From the NCBI RefSeq assembly GCF_009834535.1, contig NC_045696.1:57600001-57664000 (forward strand): a DNA stretch of 64,000 nucleotides, written 5' to 3'. This DNA comes from Camelus ferus. Lineage: Eukaryota. The translations under genes and the position numbers were made by a program. Each line of letters begins with the position of its first letter. Positions within the stretch are counted from its first letter, which is position 1. The notes beneath the pieces are model-generated. The model had not been told where the DNA came from, ran no database searches, and saw nothing but the letters and a program-made list of their open reading frames with translations. Shown here one piece after another: positions 37,978-50,835 of this stretch.

Positions 37978-38786
37978 TAAACAAACAATCCAACTAGAAA
38001 ATAGGCAAAAGACAGAAAGACATTTCCCCAAAGACGATATACAGATGATAAATAAGCACATGAAAAGATGTTTAACATCACTAGCCATTATGGGGATTAA
38101 AATTAAAACCACACTGAGGTATCACCACACCCCAGTCAGAATGGCTAAAGTGAAAATGATGGTAACACCAAATGCTGACAGGGTGCAGAGAAACTGGATC
38201 GCTCACACATTGCCATTGGGAATGTAAAATAGTACAGCCACTCTGGAAAACAGTTTGGCAGTTTCTTACAAAACCAAACATACATTTATCATATAACCCA
38301 GCAATTGCATTCTTGGGCATGTATCCCAGAGAAATGAAAACCTATGTTCACTTGAAAAAAAACAGTACATGATTGTTCATAGCAACTTTATTCCCAGTAC
38401 TCAAAAACTGGGGGAAAAATGTCCTTCCATGGGTAAATGGTTAAACAAACTGTGGTACATGTATACAGTGGAATACTACTCAGCAATTAAAGGAGAGAAC
38501 TATTGATTCACACAAAAACTTGGATGAATCTCCAGGGACTTCTGCTAAGTGAAAATGCCAATCCCAAAATGTCACTGTGTGATTCCATTTTTATGACATT
38601 CTTGAAATAACACAGTCATAGAGATGAGAGCAAGTTAGTGGCTGCCACAGTTAGGGGTGTGGAGAAAGGAACAGGTGTGTGGTACAAAGGGATAGCACCA
38701 GGGAGCCTTGTGGTGATGGAACAGTTCTGTATCTTGATCATGGAAGTTGTTACATTAATCTACACATGTGGTAAAATTGCATAGAA

Positions 38787-38824
<38 letters not shown>

Positions 38825-39035
38825 GTGCACATAAAACTGGAGAAATCTGAATAAGTTCAGTGGATTAAACCAATGTCCATTTCCAGGTTTTGACATTGTA
38901 CTAGCAGGCACAGAAGTTACCACTGGGGGAAACTGGGTGAAGGGTACACAGGATCTCCCTGTACACTTTTTTGCCAACTTCCTTTGAATCTTTAATTATT
39001 TCAAAATGAAAAGTTTAAAATGTAATTAAAAAAAA
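37978..39035 (+). mobile_element. L1MC-like ORF2 C-terminus and 3' UTR
   Basis: IQMINKHMKRCLTSLAIMGIKIKTTLRYHHTPVRMA and [16 protein letters not shown] in overlapping frames. Confidence 0.88.
38789..38823 (+). repeat. (CA)n microsatellite
   Basis: About 17 AC units. Confidence 0.95.
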
Positions 39036-39489
39036 CACAAAATATTCATCTTTGATAAATATTAAAGAAATGCCAGTGCAAATACCAATGAGATATTTTG
39101 ATTTATCAAGTTAACAATTTGTTTTTTTTAGGGGGTGGGAATAATAATGCTCAGAGTATACAAGAAGAATGGTACTTTCATATACTACTTCAACTTTCCT
39201 GGAAAGCAATTTAAGATTCTGTATCAAGAGTCTTAAAAATGCTTATGCATGCAAACTTGGCCCACTGCCTATTTCTCTGTATTTAGTAATTTTTTCAGTT
39301 CATTCAGCACCTTTGTTCTAGGCACAATGCCACAAATTAGAAATACCCTGGAGATCAGTAAGCAGGATTTCTCTCTTGAGAGTGCTCAGCTTAGTGGTAA
39401 ATATATCAAATGTGATGATATTTCTTGTAACAGAAGCGTGCGAGTTTTCCATTTGTCTGTAGGTAGTATTGTGTCTTGGATCAGTGCCA

Positions 39490-39670
39490 GAGTTTGAGTC
39501 AGTCAGACTGGTGTCAAATAATAATAATAAGTAGCTCTGTACTTATTAGCGGTATCACCTTGGGGAAGCTATCTAGCTCCCTGAACCTCAGTGCCTCCAT
39601 CTGTAAAATGGGGCTACTAGTACTTACCAATGCCATGAAGGTTATAAGAATTTACAATGGATGTAAAGTC
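39490..39670 (+). mobile_element. MIR SINE
   Basis: accttggggaagctatctagctccctgaacctcagtgcctccatctgtaaaatggg. Confidence 0.8.
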
Positions 39671-41869
39671 TTGTGAAAATGAAATATTTTAGGCTTCACA
39701 TTTTTTTCTTTAAAAATCTATTTTTTCCTGTATTTTAAATGAAGTCTTAAATTTCTTTGGCTCTGCCTTTTCTGATTCAGTTCTAGCAAATGGATTCTTA
39801 CCTATTACACAGAAGTTGCTAGAACAGACCTCCTAATTAAAGATAAGAAAAGGCCAGGCTCGATGCAGGTGAAAAAGGTGAAAACCAAACAAAAAAGCCA
39901 CCTAAAATATATTTACATAAGGTAAGATGCCAAAAACATTGAAATGAAATCCTGCCGTATAATTGGTACTTATGTGAGTGTCTTCATGAAGTTGTCCTTG
40001 AAACCCCCTTTTAAGCCTTCTGGACTTCAAATATTTTATGTCTGTTATGTCTTCTTTTATTTATAAAGGCTTTTTTTGCTCATTAGTCATCATGAGTAAC
40101 ATTCAAATTTACACTTCTAATTTGAGAAGATATATAAACTATTTTTCTTTATCATAAAAAATGCTTACTCCTCTTGCTCTAATAATGTCACCTTAAGGGA
40201 TCTAGATAAATAGTAAGAGAGATGTTAAAAGATTTGTGCACAAAAATGTTTATCACACCATTATTTAATATAATGAAAAATAAGAATAGATCTAAGGTAG
40301 ACTCACAGGAGAAATTTCCTGTTTCTTATATCCTGCATCAGTGTCTGGACGCATTTTTACATGCCAGCATGTCTCACTACCAGGCCACCAGTTTCTACCT
40401 CTGCCCTCTGTTAGCACAGCTGAAGTTCAGAGAAGGGGGAGATAATTGTGGCAGGAGTGGCTTAGGAATAAGTTATATGGGGGCCCGGGCTATAGTGGAT
40501 CAAGGTTAGAAAGGAGGGAGTTGGAACTATTTGTTTATTAACTTATCCAATAGTCTTATTTAATGTTGAGAAAATGAAGTTGAATCAGGTAGAGATCCTG
40601 TTAGACGCTACTAAGGGAGGTCTCACCATATTGGGGGGGGGCATTATCGTACACTCTGCTACTCATGTATTGTTTCATTGAATCCTTTCAGGAAGGAGGC
40701 ACTCTTATTATCCCCCACGTTCCACCAATGAAAACTGAATCTTAGCGATGTTAAGTAACTTGCCCAGGTCACGTAGCTGGTAACAACCCAGGAGTCCAGA
40801 CTCTCATGTGATTCTAGATCGAAGTTCTGAACAAGCATGCTGTGTATCATGGGAGATCGGGGAAGAACAGATTACCTTTAGCAGTGAGAAAGATTTGTAG
40901 ATGAAGAGATTGGAGCTCGGAGAAAGGCGTTTTGGGTCAGGGTCCAAAACAAGCTCTGACAACCAAGTGACAAAGGCAAGAGTGAAGGAACCAGTGGTCT
41001 GGGGTAGAGGTTGAAAATTAAAGTCTGGTAGACCAAAAATAGTATGCAGACTGACAGTAGTCTTTAAAAAAAAAGAAAAAAGAAAAAAAGAACATAAATA
41101 CAACTCGTTGCCAACATTTAAAAAAATCTGGAGAATCCACATAAATTTGAATTTCCAGCTCCTCTGGGAAATCAGAATACTTGGTAACACTGGACCCACA
41201 TTCCCATATGGTAACAACCGGTGAATCTAGCAGAGTCTGCCCGACCCCCAGTGGGGCATAATCTCTCCACTGCCCACGTGGCCCACTTTGTTTATTTACA
41301 TTACCTGCCAGGACCCTGCAGGCACTTGAGTGTAAAAGCCTTGGTCGAGGGAGTGAGGCAACAGCAAGTGGGAAGGAATAAAAATGGAACAAGGCAGGTG
41401 AGGCTGGGAGACAGAAGCTAAGGGTACTGAAAGTGTGGAGCCAGCAAGACACTTCCCCTAGGAAGCCAGACCTTAAGGCAGAGGCCACTTATCTTTTTCC
41501 CTTCCGACTGAGTTGGGAGTGTTCCCAAGATCTTCACCTGGTGGCTGGAAGATAGTGGATTGGGATTGAGGAGAGAACTTGATTGGGGGCTCAATAGAAA
41601 AGGTGGAAAATTTGAGCAGGGACTAGAAGAGTTAATGTGCCCATTCGGTGGCTCACCCAGGACATTGTTTCCAAGAGAATTTCCTGCCTTCTTAAGCGTT
41701 CATGGTTGCCAGAAAAAAAAAAAGTTAGGAAAAAAGTCAAGCAGACTCAAACCCAGTCTCTTTCATGCCTCTAGCTGAATTTCACCCATCCTTTACACAC
41801 TCCTTAGGAATTGATCTGAGGGGATCATTCAGTTCGGGGGGTGGGCCTTAGGAAAAACATGTCCTTATA

Positions 41870-42475
41870 AAGGAAATATGGGCAGTTTACTTCTCTAAGC
41901 CTCAGTTTCTCCATCTGTTAGAAGGTCTCATAATTTCCATTTTTCAGAGGGTAAGGATAAAGTGAGCGAATGGAGGCTTATGCAGTGCGTGGCTCGGAGT
42001 AGGAAGGAGCAGCGATGGCTGTGGTAAGCAGGGAGAGGGCTAGGAACTTGAATAGGTGTTGTCCCTGGATCCTTATGATGACTGTGTGAGCTCAGCATTA
42101 TTTTCCCCCATTGAAAAAAAATTGAGGAACTTGAGGTTTAGAGAGGTTAAGCAAGTTACTCAACATCACACAATTAGTAAGGGGCAGAGTGGAGAGACTT
42201 ACTCAGTGCCCGACCACACCAAAAAAGTACACTGGCATCTATCCGACATTCTAATGACAGTCATGCAGCATTATCAGCCAGAAATTAAAACAGATTTAAT
42301 TCTATATCCCACTAAAACCTGGAGGTCACCGGCTGTGTATCCCCAGGCAAGTGGCCTAACTTCTCTGAAACTTACTTCTCCTCGTTTATAAAACTGTGTA
42401 TGTTTGTTGCACAGATTAAGTGAAGTAACACATTTAAAGCACTTAGCAGGGCACCCAGCTTATAAGCAACCAGCT
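41870..42475. mobile_element. Cluster of three MIR fragments, both orientations
   Basis: ctctaagcctcagtttctccatctgt; gaggaacttgaggtttagagaggttaagcaagtt; taacacatttaaagcacttagca. Confidence 0.7.
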
Positions 42476-45400
42476 AACAGATACTAACTTTAATAACCTT
42501 TACTGGACCTGTTCCTTTGCTAACCACTAGGAATGCAAAGGGGAATGAAACGTGCCCATTGCTCTTTTGGAACTCAGGACAGGAGCACCATCTGAGCAGT
42601 GAGACTTTAGCCCCATGGGGAAACGTTACAAGGGAAGAATAAATAAGGTGACTTGGGAGCAAGGAAGATAGAGATACTGTGAAAAGAGGAGGGAAGGATG
42701 GCAAAAAAAAAAAAAAAAGTTTCAGCTGTGAACTGAATCTTCAAGGAATGTGGAATGATCTGGCTCTTAAAGGAAGAGGAGCATTTTGCAGGCTGAGAAG
42801 GCAAGAAAAGCATTCCAGGCAGAAGGGACAGTTTGTACAAAGGCAAAGAAGGCAGAAAAGTCCTGAAAGGGCTTGAGAAGGTCAGGGAATAGCGAACAGT
42901 TCAAGTGTGACTAGACAAGTTATATGAGTTGATTGATAAAAGCAGAAGAGAAAACTTGGATTCAGGCTGTGAAGGGCCTCATGCGTCTTGCTAAGTAAGA
43001 AATGTGACCACTACCCAAGAGGAACCGGGAGCAAATCTTTAAAGCAAGGAAGTTTCATAATCAGATTGTTTTTGACGGAAGATAATGGTACAGTAAATGA
43101 TAGTGAGAGGGAACCAGCTTGGAGGCTGTTGGAATAGTCCAGACAAGAGGTGACGAAGGTCCTATCACTGGCTGCCAATGAAATGGAAGTGGGTGGTGAG
43201 GAAGGGGAAGTGAGGGGGCAACATAAACACGTGTGAAATCCAAGCTGTGAAAATGGCTTGGTCCTGTCTTACCACAGTCATCCCAAAGGACCAAAACAAA
43301 AACACAGAAAGCCTCTTTTAAAAATAATCTCTTTTGTTTGTATGCAAATAGTCCAGGCACAGTGAAAATGCAACTCAAGTGTGATGACAAATACAATACT
43401 GTGTCTCCAATCCAAGAAATGCGAAGATGGAACTGGTTTACAAATGCTGTCCTTCTTAAAAACTCCACCTCCTCCCATTAAAGCTGTAGCTAACCAGGGC
43501 AAGGCTTATTTGAAATGATTTTCAGTCTTAAACCAGATTTGAGGAAATCTATTTAAGGCACTTTCAGAAGAGGCTTTCCTTTACTCACGTCACTGAAGAG
43601 TAGAAAGAGCGACATCTTGTTTTGCTGGAAAATTTCTTTCAGGGAGCCACACCTCAGTGTGGTGGTGGATCTTTAGAATCTTCCAGAGAAAGGTGTGTGA
43701 AGGGAACCGCAAAAATTACACTTCTGTGGTTCTGCACCACCAACTTGAAAATTGCAAATCCAAGTTGACAAATGCATATTTTAAGGGTTCACAGAAGTCT
43801 TATGTGCATTGCTTTTGGTTACGAAGATGATACAGGGAAGTGAGCCTTGGGTGTGCAGTACCCCCTCCCTCGACCCTGTTGTGAAATGGAAGCTTTAAAA
43901 AATCCAGGGTTTTTTTTTTTTAAACAAGCTTAGTCATACTAGCTATGTTCTGTATGCCCCAGTCTATTTTATTTTACTCTGTAGTGCACATTTTATTTAT
44001 ACACCTCTATAAATATTTTGCATAAAAAGGTGCTTTCACAGATGATCGTGCTTCCCTAAATTTGAAATTATGCTGCCATTTGTTAAAATGTGTCAGTTTT
44101 GTTATGTATTATATTCCCTCCTCTGCACATATAGGAAAAAATATATGGACTTAACTCTTCTAGCAACTTTTACATTCAGAATATTACCTCATTTTATTTC
44201 TTCTGAGTATAAAGGAAATGGCTAATGTCAGAAGCTTTGTGAAAGAAATGACGGTTTCTCAGAATGTGTAAGAGCAGATTCTTAAAGCAAGGGGCCACTA
44301 AAATTCAGAGATCACAATCTTCTGAGTTGGGATTTAATGTTCCCAGGTAACACTAAAGATTGAAAAGGATAATAAGTTTGGAATCAGATATTCACTTTGT
44401 TAGATTCTGAAAAGTGCCATCACCAATGTTGGCAGTTTATCTTATCAATTTGCTAACTTGCCAGTGTTATGTATTTCATTTGTCTTGGAACGATTTTATG
44501 AAATTTTGTTATTTGTTAACTAATAGGCCATCTTTTGTGTAAACTATCAGAGGAAGTCCTGAGACTTGAGATCGTATTGTAAGCCTTACTGGATGGCTAG
44601 AGTACAGAATTATTAAATTAGTTAAGGATCACTTAGTCTGCCCTTCCCTCAAGTGAGCTCTCTCTGCTGTGCCATCCATCAGTCACGGTGACCATTTAAA
44701 ATAGGACATATCTCTTGGGGAGCCTACTCCTGAGATGGAGGGCCTGGGGAAAGTTTTCTTAATTGTGACCTACATGATCTTGTCAGAATCTGTCTCATGC
44801 TCTTAAGATGGCATTTAATCATTAAGACGTCATACGTAACTGAAGTTGTTTATGTTGAAAATCACTTGGTGGCAAGTACCTTGCCTCCAAGGTACTCTGT
44901 TAGAAGAAATAAAATGCGATAATATTCTTAATGTAAAAATTGCTAGAAGAGTTAAGTCCTTTATTAGATTGGTGCAGGTCTCCCGCACTCACCTGCAGGA
45001 TCTGGGAGGGCAGGGATCCTCTGCCTTTGCTCACCTGTGATCCAGCACCAACCCAGGACCTGCACTTCATCGGGGCCAGTAAAGCATTTGTTGAATGAAT
45101 GAAGGCAAATTACAAAGTAGAAATTCCAAATGGTGCAATTACACCTGTGAATTTTTAAGAATTATTGGAAAATGGGAAATGTTAACTGAGATACAAAGAT
45201 GGGTGGGAACACAGGTGAAGCATAGTATGTGTGTATTTGGATGTCACTAGAATCTACAGTTACTACCAGTTCCCACAGATGCTCTGGCACCAGCCATGGT
45301 GCTCTACCCAGCCCCTTCCAGGAGGTGTTTGTATAAGCGGCAGGCAGGCAGGCAAGGCAGGGGGGTTGCACTGGATGTGGCCTTGCAGCTGTAATCTCAA

Positions 45401-46804
45401 TCTCTGACCATGGGGTGAGTCGTGAATCCCTCAGTTCCCTAAATTACAGTTCTTCTCTGGCTCAACCTTGTTTCCTGACCTGTGGTCCAGTTCCCCGCTG
45501 GTCCCTGGGGCCTGTTCCCCAGTGATGGGTCTGGTTCACAGGGACAAACAATGAAGTGTCTCCATCCACCACGCTTCCCAGAAAAACTCCTGGTTCTGGA
45601 TGTGTCACAGTACACCCCACCCCATTCTGCCCTGTCTCCACCAGACCACTGACCCCTCTCAGCCCCTAAGTCTGGGATGCTGGGGCTGTTGCCCTTACCC
45701 TGAGCTTTACCCAGCTTCACCGCCCTCATCTTCCTCACTGGCCCAGACAGCTAAAGTAACAGCTCATCTGAAGGCCCCCAGTACAAAAGTACTTCTTTTT
45801 CTAAAATGCATGCATCCTGATGCTTACCCCTTCGACAGTTTTTTCCCTTAACATACCTTTCAATACATGCTAATATAATCTTCAATCCAGATAAACGTAT
45901 TTTGCTGCTGAAGTTCGGGTGTGTTTTGTTAAGCTGCCATGTGATTTTGAGAGAAAGCGCAGACAAGAATCTTTTGCATTCACTTGATAGAATCTTGCAA
46001 ATAACTGTTGGTGCCCTTTACCTTTCTGACTTCTTAGAGGACATCTAGGCAAAAGTGTGTCACTGGGTCCTAGTTTCGGTGTTCAGAAGTTGATCAAATA
46101 CAAGTCAAGAAACAATACACATTGCCTCTTTCTTGGCATGCATGAATGATGGGTGTGAATTTGCATCAGGAGAAAGTGAATAGGAGGAGGTACACCAGGG
46201 CAGCTGGGGAGATCGAACAAGCCAGCCTAGGACGGGGGTGGAGCCTGTGCTAGAGGTTGTAAGAGTGAGGGTCTCTGCTGCCTCACTGACCCACTTGCAG
46301 GATGTGAATCCTGAAGCTGCAAAATTTTAGCTCAGACAAAGAAATCAATCTCTAATGCTTAATTGTATAAAATTTGTTTTAAGTGTAGGTCAAGATTGTA
46401 TCTCCCCCTCAAAGAAAAAAGAAACTTTCTATATTTCTAAAAATGTTCCCTCAGAAACATGGAACTGAAAGCTATTTTTTTAATTGATCTGGCCCTTAGA
46501 AAACAATGGGGCTTTTTCTTTAATTTACCTAAGGAGCTGACATAAAAATCTATGGTTCTGCGCCAGAAAGATACATAAAATGTCAAAATAGAGGGCAGAA
46601 ATACAAAACTGGAGATTTTTTGCTGCAACATCTTATGTATGGTGTCTGATTACAAGTGTTACAACATGGAGAAGTGAACCTTTGGACTGTGAAATCAATG
46701 CTAATTTTCTTACCCACTAGTCTAGAAGCCTTCTAAATGTCATATCATTCATTTGGTTGCTTTACCAGGAATCAGTGCATGTGGTTAGTGTGTGTGTGTA
46801 TGTT

Positions 46805-47870
46805 TAGATTATTAATAGATTTTATTTTTAAAATAGTTTTAGATTTACAGAAATATTAAGCAGATAATACAGAGAACTTCTGTATACTCCGTACTCAGCA
46901 CCCAGTTTCTCCTGTTATTATTATTAACTAGTCCATACTTTAAGTTACGTTTCTTTGTGTTCTATAGTTCTATGGGTTTTAGCAAATTTATAATAACATA
47001 TGTCTACTGTTACAGTAGGATAAGAGAGTAGTTTCCCTACCCTAAATATCCCATGTGCTCCACCTCTTCATCCCTCCTCACATCTCTGGGCAACCACTGA
47101 TCTTTTTACTGTCTCCATGGTTTTGTCTTTTTCAGAATGTCATCTGGTTGGAGTCACATAGTATGTAGCCCTTTCAGATTGGTTTCTTTCATTAAGCAAT
47201 AGGCAGTTAAAGTTCCTCCATTTCACTGTGACTTGATAGCTCATTTTTTAAATCACTGAATAGTATTCCGTTGTACCATAGTTTCTTTATTCATTCACCT
47301 ATTGAAGGGCATCTTAGTTCTAGTTTGGGGCAACTATGAATAAAGCTGCTATAAATAGTGATCCACAGGTTTTTGTGTGGACATAAGTTTTTAACTCTTT
47401 TGGGTAAATACCGAGGAGAATGACTGCTGGATCATATGGTAGGCTTATGTTAAGTTTTATAAGAAACTGTCAGAAGGTATTCTAAAGTGCCTATATCGTT
47501 TTGCACTCCTACCAGCAATGGATGAGAGTTCCTGTTGCCCCATATTCTCATCAGCATTTTGTATTGTCAGTTTTAAAATTTTTAACCATGCTAACAGGTG
47601 TGTAGGAGTAGCTTACTGTGGGTTTTTTTAAATTATTGTTTTAATTAGCATTTCCCTAATGCCACATGAAACTGAGCATCTTTTCACGTGCTTATCTGCC
47701 ATCAGTATATCTTTGGTGACTTTTGTCTGATCAGCTCTTTTGCTATTTTTAAACTGAGTTGTTTGTTTTCTTATCTTTGAGTTCTCTGTACATTTTGGAT
47801 ACTAGTCCTTTATCAGATTTGTGTTTTACAAATATTTTCTCTTAGTATGTGGCTTGTCTTTTCATTCTCT
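46805..47870 (-). mobile_element. L1MC-like 3' region, antisense
   Basis: ggcaaccactgatctttttactgtctccatggttttg...ttcacctattgaagggcatctt...gctggatcatatggta...ccagcaatggatgagagttcctgttg. Confidence 0.88.
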
Positions 47871-48544
47871 AAGTAGTTGGAGTGTTTATGCTTTAAGAAG
47901 GAAGGGCTCTAAAAATACCATTTTACAACTGACCACAGGAAGCCATTTATATAAAGTAACAAATACATAACTGGAATTGGAAAAGTCAGCTAAGTGGATG
48001 TTTCCAACTGCCACAGGTTTCTAGCTCTGCCTTCCAGAGTGGGCCCTAATTATGTGGTCCCAAAGGAACATTTCTTGAGCAAAGCTGAGCAAGGACATCA
48101 GGAAGGGACCTGTTTCCCCAACTCAGCCACCATCTATAAGCCACCCCGCCACACACCGCCCGCTGCTTTCCTTGTAGCCTTGGTCGCCTCAGACCTGAGA
48201 AGATCTGGGAGTGAGGCAGTGGAGGAAGCAGCCCCACAGAGAAGGCAGATTTCTCAGGTTACCAGCAACTTCCTCCTCATTAAACACGAGGAACTGATCT
48301 TCATTTTGTGTGACCTCCTCTCAGCATACAGCTAGCCTCCAAAAGAGCAGGGAGGCAGGCTCAGAATGGGCTGCCTCTCTCCTGAGCTCAAATGCTGCAG
48401 ACTGGAGCATCCTGTATTTCTGCTGCCTGCCTCACCACTCATCTCCCCATACTTCTGTGTTACAGCTTTAGAGGAGGCTGCTCTAAGCAGAAATTGAAAT
48501 AAGTAGATAAGAGAATGGATATGGGGAAAAAAAATAAAAACAAT

Positions 48545-48650
48545 GAAACAACTATTTTTTAAAAGAACCTGCTATATGCCAGAATCTGTGCTAGGCACTA
48601 TATATACATATATATGTGTGTGTATGCATATATATATATGTATGTATGTG

Positions 48651-48693
<43 letters not shown>

Positions 48694-48850
48694 TCCTATT
48701 TGATCCTTACAAGAAACTTATGAGATATTAAGTATCACTTCTGTGAGGAAACTAAGGCTCAGAGAAGTTAAGTAATTTCCCCAAGAACACACAGGTATTA
48801 ACTAGTAGAGCTGGTGTTTGAACACAGGTCTCTGTGATTCCAAAGCACAG
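48545..48850 (-). mobile_element. MIR containing a (TA)/(TG)n microsatellite (48599-48692)
   Basis: tatatgccagaatctgtgctaggcact[TA/TG repeat]...gaggaaactaaggctcagagaagttaagtaatttccccaag. Confidence 0.85.
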
Positions 48851-49569
48851 TGTAAAGTGTTATTTTTACTCATCCTTTATTTATGGCAGATGATACTGCT
48901 TTTTAAAGTTTTTAGTATTGACATAAGGATTCCTTTTAAAATACATTTACTTAAATAAAGTAAGTTAAGAGAAAAACATTGTGTAAAGAATAGTACACAT
49001 TTTACACAAGTATGAAGTGGTAATGGCAGCTAGAATGAATGAAGTTTGGGAAATAGGATCTCAAATATTTTGATAGCAGGACTTTCCAATCTAGCCTATC
49101 TTATATTTTGACTGCTAAGCACAAGGAAGAGAAGAAAACTTGAAAACTAAGTGGAATGTGAATTACTTTCCTGTGCTCTGATAGGTGGTAATTTCATGTG
49201 TTACAATAAGGAAACCAAATGGACCCTTTCAAATAAAAAAAAAAAAAACTATATGATTGTAAAATCCAGAGGAAAACCCCAGGTGAGGCCTATTCGAATA
49301 AAGGATGAAGTTTCCAAGGTATGCACAGAGAATGGCCAAGGGGAAGTAACTCTGTGAGTCAGGGCTCAAGACCCATAGGGGAGCCCTATGAGTTTGGGAG
49401 GCCCTGGATGGAAGGTGAAGGGGTTTACAAACCTGTCTGGAGGAAGAATGATCATCACCTTTCCAGTGATAGAAGGAAGATCTTTATGGAAAGGTCAGAG
49501 TGAAAATCACAAAGTCCAAAAAGAAGGTAGGAAAGTAACACTGAAGACTAAATAGCAGCTTAGCATGCC

Positions 49570-49770
49570 CAGTGCCTGGTGGCTTACACGCAAGACCTCA
49601 TTTGTTTTTCACAACAATGTGGCAAGGAAGCTGTTACTAGTCACATTTCATAGATGAGAAGACTGAGACTGGGAGATGTTCAGTGACTTGCCCAGGGTCC
49701 AGTGGCTTAAGCCAGGATTTGACTTTGGACTGACCACCAGTTCCAAACCCAAGCTACTTCCCCTGTACCA
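49570..49770 (-). mobile_element. MIR SINE
   Basis: catttcatagatgagaagactgagactgggagatgttcagtgacttgcccagggtc. Confidence 0.8.
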
Positions 49771-50069
49771 TACGTCTTTGCTTGGGTGGACCTCCTCCAC
49801 CAAGACAACAGCAAGCAGTTTTCATTTTGTCACTTTTAATTCCTCCAGCCTTGCAGGGCACACAGCTATCCTCCCTCAGAGCAGGGAGGCAGGCGCAGAA
49901 GGGGCTGCCTCACTCCTGAGCTCAAATGCTGCAGACTGGAGGTAGATAAATGCCTGAACATTGAGCAGAGGGCTTTGCAGGGCCTGATCAGGTCATGAAA
50001 AAAAAAAAAAAAAAAAGCCATGCATCTGGGGCAGGATTACCTACATGAAGCCTGTCTTTGCCTAAGCAC

Positions 50070-50170
50070 CAGGTTTGGAAAAATCCACTCGGGATTCACA
50101 TACCTTTCATACTTCCTCTTGTGACTTTTCCCCAGACTCAAGAATACCACCCACTTCCAGGAATAGCAGA
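50070..50170. promoter_or_regulatory. Immune TF motif cluster upstream of the proximal CD86 exon
   Basis: GGAAAAATCC (Rel/NFAT-like, ~50077), acttcctctt (PU.1, 50111-50120), gacttttcccc (NF-kB-like), TTCCAGGAA (GAS, 50155-50163). Confidence 0.5.
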
Positions 50171-50640
50171 CCAAGGTAATAGAAACATTCTAGGTTAGAA
50201 CAATGAGGATTAGATTAGGATGATCTGAAAATAGGGGCTGTTCATTAGCTTCTGGCAGGATCTATGGAGAGGTACTCAGCGAATGAATGGGAAGGTGACA
50301 GGTGAGATTCCAGGTCTCTCTGCTGTCTCTGGTTGAGGACTGTCTCCTGCAGCTCCACCAAGCCAGACACAGTGTCTAGCACATGGCTGCCCAGAAAAAC
50401 ATTTGCTGAACTCGGCTGACTCTACCTATGGACGTCTGTAATCAGTCGGGGAAGGTGTCTTTGCCATGTTTGTGGCTGAGCTGTCTTCTGGGGGTTTCCT
50501 CAGGGCTTTACAGTCACTGGCTCTCAGGAGCGCATTTGTAGTCATTCTCATCAGTGGAAATGCCCACCTGCCAACAGAAGTTATCTGGAACCAGCGAGAA
50601 CACTGCCCCTGTCTGTGGTGTTATTTCTCTCTAGTCAGTT

Positions 50641-50818
50641 CCCCTTTCTGCATTTGAGATCTGGCCTCAGCCCTGACATTACTTCTTTCTCTACAAGGAG
50701 TGTTAGGAGGTATGGGGAGCTCACAAAGGCTCCTCTTCATTTATTCTTAAGACCTTGCTTCTGAGTTCCTTGGGAATGCCACTGGGCTTATGCCTCTGGT
50801 CTCTGGGAGCTGCAGTGG
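50641..50818 (+). other. CD86: CD86 alternative (proximal) first exon, 5' UTR part
   Basis: ccctttctgcatttgag...ctctacaaggag..ttaggaggta.ggggagctc...ccttgcttctg.gttccttgggaatg resembles the recalled human alternative 5' exon ending GCATTTGTGACAG. Start approximate. Confidence 0.85.
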
Positions 50819-50835
50819 ATGGGCATTTGTGACAG
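50819..50835 (+). CDS. CD86: CD86 proximal first exon coding part, MGICD(S)
   Basis: ATG GGC ATT TGT GAC AG|gtatgt. 17 nt plus the 4 nt before the next ATG is 21 nt, so it is in frame and gives MGICDSTMGLRNIF..., like the recalled feline CD86 N-terminus MGICDSTMGL. Confidence 0.75.

Larger units (their letters stand above)
48344..49941 (+). repeat. Dispersed direct repeat, 64-bp core, 2 copies (48344-48407 and 49878-49941)
   Basis: agagcagggaggcaggcNcagaaNgggctgcctcNctcctgagctcaaatgctgcagactggag, 3 mismatches. Confidence 0.9.

Noticed and set aside
40804..41488. 137-aa and 156-aa minus-strand ORFs antisense to CD86 intron 1
   Set aside because: No recognisable homology, they cross low-complexity A/T runs and repeat-like DNA, and such lengths are expected by chance.
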